Shown one piece after another: positions 22,243 through 27,668 of a stretch of 27,668 bases of DNA (position 1 is its first letter; each line of letters begins with the position of its first letter). The notes beneath the pieces were generated by a model, which was not told where the DNA came from, did no database searches, and saw only the letters and a list, made by a program, of their open reading frames with translations. The stretch is from a virus. Its lineage: Duplodnaviria > Caudoviricetes. The translations under genes and the position numbers were made by a program. The DNA lies in the IMG/VR virus record IMGVR_UViG_3300037311_000445, positions 1-27,668 of that record, one strand, 5' to 3'.

Positions 22243-22300
22243 ATTTATTTTTTGGTGCGGTGAGTACAATGCTGTCATTTATTTATTGATAGCATTTTTT
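22240..22300 (+). promoter_or_regulatory. Conserved promoter motif plus hairpin (copy 7, before tail fibre)
   Basis: TAGATTTA-N12-GTGAG-TACAAT. Stem AATGCTGTCA-TTTATTTAT-TGATAGCATT followed by Ts, then ATG 22302. Confidence 0.7.
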
Positions 22301-22301
22301 C

Positions 22302-25300
22302 ATGGAAAGATGTTCACTGCTCAATGGAAATATAGCTAATCAAGATAGTGATTACTCAGCACCATTACTGGCTTTGACCGATGGTGGTGTTTTGCAATGA
22401 TTGCAAGTTTCCTTGAGCAGTGGAAATAACTTTCAGGTAACAACAGGAAGTGCATTGATCAAATGTACCAAAACCAACGGCGATAAAGTCCTGATTCATT
22501 TCCAAAATACGGCTATCAAAGCACTGAGTTTTGCCTGACCACAAAAAGTCCGAGTTGAAGTAAATCAGTCGAATTTGGACAATCCCTTACTCAATCCTAT
22601 CACCTGATTGGGTATCGGTGAGATCAAGTTTGGTTTGAACTATCCGATAAAAAACTATGTGCCATTGGCAGTGGTCAACGGATCAAATGTGGTCACCAAT
22701 GATCAGGTCGTGATCAACAATATTACGAATGTTATCAATCAAGCAATCACACAAATTCAGATTGGAGCGACTACCTTTTCAGGGACATCAGCTTGACCAT
22801 CCAATGTCTATAATCTGACCTATACAACACCAGTTCCTGCTTCCACTTCTGGTGATCCGACGAGTATCCCTCAGAATATTTTGTTGTATTTCAGATCGCA
22901 TCAAGCCAACACAACGAATATCCAAGTTTCCATCAATACCACTGAATGAGTCCTCACCGCACCATTGAAAAAAATGCATGATCAGGATTTGAGTGCAGGA
23001 GATATCGAAACCGATCAGCGAGTGATCATGCAACGAGATGGTATTAGTTTTCAAATGCAATCACAGATCGCTCAAGTCCCAGTAGGTACGGTGCAAAATG
23101 TAGCCATACAATGACAAGTCGGAGAAGACGTGACGGTTGGTCAGGTTTGATTTGTTGGAAAAGGAATTGTCGATAAACTCAGGATAGAACAACTTGAAGG
23201 AAATACTACCTACAATGTCGGTGATGGTGTGAATATCAGACTCAGAGCAATGATCCTTACAGGACGTGATAATATTCTCAGAAAAGTAACGGTCAATCTT
23301 GGTAAGGTTGGTAGTCCTGGTGATCAGCTCTACTGTAGAGTCTATGCAAAAGATGGAGTAACACTTGTTGCGTCAAGTACCAACTATTATGACAATGGTA
23401 CGATAGCGTCTAGTAATGAGCAAAGAAACTTCTTTTTTAGTGATCTCGTCTTACAGCCACAAACAAAATATTTCATCTCCTTTGAAAGAACAGGAGCGAA
23501 CAGTCCGACAAGTTATTACTCACTGAGATCATCGAATACAAACCTTGTGTATCCGTTAGGATATGTCGAGAAATACAATGGATCAGTGCGAGAATGGTTG
23601 CAGTGATATATTTGGGTTTCAATACAACTTGGATTTAATCATGAGCCAGGTAAACGATATTTATCACAACCTGAGTACGAATCTACTGCCTACATGGACG
23701 GTATTTTCACACAAAATAAAAATCAGAATCAGATTTGTGATATCGTACAAGACGGTACGGCTAGTTCATTTACCAATCTGACTCCTGGAAACAATTACTA
23801 TCTCAACAATGTGGATATAGGAAACAAGAATCAGCAACGAAATACGACCACCCACTTTGGATACGATATCACCAACCAAAACAAGGTCTGTATGAGTTTC
23901 AAACTTTCCTACGGTATGAATACCGACAAGATTTTCATGGCACTGGCGAGAGTAAATACACCGACCGATAATATAACATTCAGTATTCAAACTGATGATA
24001 ACGGGAAACCGTCAGGAACACTCGTGCATCCGAATGCCACAGGAACGATCGCAGGAAATAAGCTTATGACACAACCATATAGGAAAATGTACTCGTTCAA
24101 TGGATTTTTTGATTTGCAAGATACGACAATTTATTGGATCGTTTTGGAAAGAGATGGTGGACTCAATACCTCTCATTACTACAGTACGCAGATTTACAAC
24201 AGTGATACTTACACGAGAGGTAATATGATGGTTTATAATAACTTGAACTGGATCAATCAAAGCTGGGACATGTACTTTTCGTTTATGCAAGAATACGATG
24301 GAGTTAGACATCATAGCTACAATGAAAATAGAAACTTTGGAAATAATAGTGCATGAAGTATCGTATCCACTCAGAGCTTTCAATCAGTCGATCAAAAAAC
24401 AGTGCAATCCATCATGTTGGGAGTATGGCAAGTCTCTGCTCCGACAGATGGGATCAGGATAAGAATAGAGAAAAACTTTAGTCAGATACCATGAACTACC
24501 TGATACTATAACGGTAGTTGGAATAGTACGGATGTGCAATTTGGTACACCAACGATCGAAAAGTTTTCTCAGAGTTTTGTCGGAACACAAAACTTAGAAA
24601 CCTGACTACTGTCTCTCCATCTCAAGAAAAATAACGTACCGACCGATGCGATGGTAGTAAGGATTGAAACCGATAATGCAGGTTCACCAAGTGAACTATT
24701 GCTTGATCCAAACTCTACTGCTACCATCCAACCATCTGCTCTCAGTACGAGTTTTGATTGGATCACTATACAATTTCCAACATCGTTGAAGTTTACCTCT
24801 GGTACGAAGTATTGGATTGTTCTTCAAAGAACAGGTGCAACGAATACTGTACATAGCTACTCGGTTGGAAAACATACGAGTGATGTTTATACACCTGGAG
24901 AAACCAAAGCATATCTCACATGATCATGGACAGCTAACAGTGGAGATATTCTTTTCAGATTTGCTAATCAAGACTTTGATGTCGATGCTCCAAACGGAGA
25001 ACTTGTTAATCCTAATGCAGAAATCGTTGTGCCTGCGTCTCAGCTCTCTACAGGATTTAGAAATCAATCCTTCGACTTTCCTGCTGGATTTACTATCGCA
25101 CCAAACACGAAATACTGGATTGTGCTAAGTAGAACATGAAGCCAGTTTAGTACCTGATATTATCAATGTGCCGTGCATAACGGTGGGACATTCATGTATG
25201 GTCACTACATGGAAACCAGCAATGCGGTCTACAATGTTTCTTGATTAGAAAATAGGAACCTATTTTTCAATCTTGGTTTTCACTACGAAAGACCTGAAGG

Positions 25301-25769
25301 CATTATCAATAGTCAGATCGCATCATATCTCAACCGATGTACCTTTGTCGGAAGATGATTGAGTAATTCACAACTGGCAATGAAGAATGGAAAGATGGTA
25401 GGAGATAATCCAAAGACGATCAACGTCAGTGCCTGGACATACCATAGTGCCAGCTGTACCTATTGTAATACCGAAGCTTGGTGAAACGTTTTCACCGTCG
25501 GAATTGGAAGCATGAGATTTGAGGTGTGAGGATCAGGAAACCGATCGAGTACAGGAAGATTATATATGGCGGAGGATGAACAGACGCTTCTCAATGGTTG
25601 ATGAACATTGCTATACACGTTGAATACCTGAAGCATCACTTTTGTCGCCAACCCAACTAAAAAATACAGAATCAGATTGAACGGTGCGACTACCTGTGGT
25701 TCATGATGTGGTGCAAATCACTACGCACAAATTGTATTTGAACCGTACGCTGGTGTGCTGATCGTGTAA
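22302..25769 (+). CDS. Tail fibre / receptor-binding protein with four related beta-sandwich-like modules, 1155 aa
   Basis: Track ORFs at 22608, 23229, 23694 and 24651 are in frame. The motif T(K/I)Y(W/F)I.(L/F).R.G recurs four times. Confidence 0.8.
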
Positions 25770-25800
25770 GTAGTCAGACTTTTATCTTTTTTTCATACCG

Positions 25801-26178
25801 ATGATACTTCGTAATACTGCCAATGAGATACTGTTTTGAGTGAAACCATGAAGCTTTGTAAATATCCCTGATGCACACTCGGACAGGATTAATGAGCTCG
25901 TAGAAGCCTGATTTGAAGAACTCGGAGAGGTACTGTATATGTCACTCGAGGACTTTGATCCAAGGATATGTTTTCGTGCATTGAAAGAGATTATCAGAAA
26001 TAACTTTGACGGTGATGTGGATGCGATGACTATCGTGGATATGAAGCTCAAGTATATCGAACTCGGTCTTACCGAAAGAATACCACTGATCACCGACGAT
26101 GAAAACAACTGCCAAGGTTTCCAAGATAGCTACGAAACTACTAAAGAGGAAAGAGAGGCAGAAGAGAACGAGTCATAA
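25801..26178 (+). CDS. Hypothetical acidic protein, 125 aa (possible fibre chaperone)
   Basis: Extends track ORF 25939-26178 upstream through TGA codons to ATG 25801. Confidence 0.6.
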
Positions 26179-26199
26179 TTTATCCCATTATCATACACC

Positions 26200-26466
26200 A
26201 TGTTTCAACATATCAAAGACAATGCGATCACAATTACCATCAGTGCTTTTGTTGGAGTACTGGCATTTGTGATTTCTCAAACCTGGACGATTTCTCAGAG
26301 CTATAGTCAGCTTCAAGACAGGATTAATTACATCGAAAAAACCTATGTCAACAAAACGGAGTTTGAAAAGCTTCAGGTCAAGATGGACTACATCTTGGAA
26401 AATATCGGAGAAGTGAAAGACGACGTAAAAGATCTGAAAAAGTCCTTTATTCCATGACAAAAATAA
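26200..26466 (+). CDS. Single-TM coiled-coil lysis-module protein (holin-like), 88 aa
   Basis: N-terminal TM segment AITITISAFVGVLAFVI, then a coiled coil. Located upstream of the endolysin. Confidence 0.6.
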
Positions 26467-26467
26467 G

Positions 26468-26668
26468 ATGCTCAGACGTTATAATCTGTTTCATAGTGTT
26501 GTGAAATTCACCGTCTTCATCCTAAGTATGGGTGCTGTTTTGTGATTGGCATTAGGAAAGATCACAGGAGAACAATATTTGGGAATTCTGACTGCATTCA
26601 TGACCTGATATTTCTCAGGTAGAGTGCCGAGTTCCAAGCCCGAGCCTACCGTCAAAGATTTTACTTAG
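26468..26668 (+). CDS. Putative two-TM holin, 66 aa
   Basis: FTVFILSMGAVL[G]LALGKITGEQYLGILTAFMT[G]YFS; directly before the endolysin. Confidence 0.6.
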
Positions 26669-26680
26669 TCATTCATCACT

Positions 26681-27286
26681 ATGGTACAACCAGTAAGAAA
26701 TAACGATATCAACTCTCTGAGTCCAAGCTACAGAAAAAAGTTTGATCCTTTCCGAAAAGAGGTCAAAGCACTGCGTCCTGATGCAGAGATTTTTGAAGCT
26801 AAGAGATCGTATGAAAGACAACTCCGACTACGAAACGAAAGTAATAGGAGAGAAAAACAAGGATTACCAAGACTGACCCGAACAATGAAAAGCAGACATC
26901 TCACGGGTGATGCAGTCGACATCGTTTTCATGGATGATGAAAGTACTCCGCAGTATGACAACAAACCCATGTGGAAATGACCCTATGACAAGCTCATTGA
27001 GATTGCCAAAAAGTATGGCATCAAAAATCTCAAGCCAAGAGAAACATGTCACTTTGAAGACGATGGTACACCTTTATCTCTTATTCAAAACTTCATGCTT
27101 ACCTTCGAAAAAATCTATAAAGACAAATTTGCAAAAGTTCCTGATACCAAGAAAATCACCTCCCAAGTTGCTAATTGGTATCCGATGATCAAGGATAAGA
27201 CTCCTGCTCAGCAGATGGAAGAACTGACTTGGTTGATTGCGATCAAGGTTGAGGAGTTGAATCAAAAGATTTCTCCTTCTTCATAG
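26681..27286 (+). CDS. Endolysin, peptidase M15 (L-Ala-D-Glu peptidase-like), 201 aa
   Basis: E..RSYERQ, T[W]TMKSRHLTGDAVD and E.CHFE zinc-ligand pattern. Track ORFs 26681 and 27095 are one frame. Confidence 0.85.
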
Positions 27287-27440
27287 TTTCTTCTTTCTCG
27301 GTTTCGAGAAAAATATTGATCAGTTCATATAAAGCTTTTCCTACAGGATTTTCTTCTGTAGAAGGTTTTTGGTATATCATTTTGTCATTTGAAGAAGTAA
27401 AAGTAGATGAGAAGCTACTTTATTTTTTCAAACTTACAGC

Positions 27441-27668
27441 ATGAACATCAAAAAATGAAAAACAGTAAACGGTAAGTATGAAGCTATCATTGACGACGAT
27501 GGTAATGTTCAGAAAGTTATTGTTGAACATCCTAATGCTCACCATGTACCAGGAATTACATCGGACAGGGTCAGGAACCTAGCAGTGACATTGGAAATTA
27601 CTCCCATGAGTGAATCGGAGAGCAAGAGACTCGCTACTTTTTTGACGATGTGATTGAAAGATGGATAA
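27441..27668 (+). CDS. Hypothetical protein, 75 aa
   Basis: ATG 27441 to TAA at the window end; open with TGA=Gly. Confidence 0.55.

Larger units (their letters stand above)
1..27668. mobile_element. Siphovirus-like prophage (or phage contig) using TGA=Gly and CGA/CGG=Trp; probable Absconditabacterales (SR1) host
   Basis: Serine integrase plus a colinear packaging-head-tail-lysis gene set. The window begins and ends on TAA stops. No att sites were identified, so the true ends are unknown. Confidence 0.9.

Noticed and set aside
22302-25769. Diversity-generating retroelement or shufflon acting on the tail fibre
   Set aside because: No reverse transcriptase or invertase is present, and no near-identical nucleotide template repeat was seen. 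The repeats are diverged protein-level modules.
244-27265. Numerous antisense or alternative-frame ORFs in the track (e.g. 5523-5984, 8331-8852, 24012-24383)
   Set aside because: They are shadows of well-supported genes on the other strand or frame and carry no motifs.
27171-27380. Minus-strand 69-aa ORF (MIYQKPSTEENPVGKALYELINIFLE...)
   Set aside because: It is open under the recoded table but overlaps the endolysin 3' end by 116 nt and has no recognisable motif. Possible, but unsupported.
1-27668. Apparent mass pseudogenisation (fragmented ORFs in the track)
   Set aside because: The breaks are in-frame TGA codons at Gly positions, and the fragments rejoin into full-length genes ending in TAA/TAG.
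1-27668. TGA=Trp (table 4) as the alternative code
   Set aside because: TGA aligns with invariant Gly in Walker A and FGGSGST motifs, not Trp.

Overview
A 27.7-kb siphovirus-type prophage region whose genes are only intact under a non-standard genetic code. TGA reads as Gly (e.g. Walker A LS[TGA]FLGAGKTT, methylase F[TGA]GS[TGA]ST). CGA/CGG fall at conserved Trp positions (e.g. CLV[CGA]VKN, NP[TGA][CGG]LKE, D[CGA][TGA]K). This combination is reported for Absconditabacterales (SR1, CPR), so the supplied standard-code ORF track is fragmented and all CDS coordinates here were re-read by hand with only TAA/TAG as stops. Gene order: large serine recombinase (-), sigma4-like HTH regulator, ParB-methylase, TerS/TerL, portal, scaffold, capsid, head-tail joining genes, tail tube, frameshifted tail chaperones, an AT-rich zinc-chaperone (COG0523) moron, tape measure, a DUF1016/YhcG nuclease moron (-), distal tail, baseplate hub, a 1155-aa receptor-binding protein with nested repeats, holin-like genes and an M15 endolysin. 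No repressor or replication genes are visible in the window. Notable unexplained structures: (1) seven identically spaced promoter-like motifs, most overlapping a hairpin just upstream of or covering the next gene's start; (2) a palindrome inside the DUF1016 coding sequence that recurs as two variant copies just after its stop codon.
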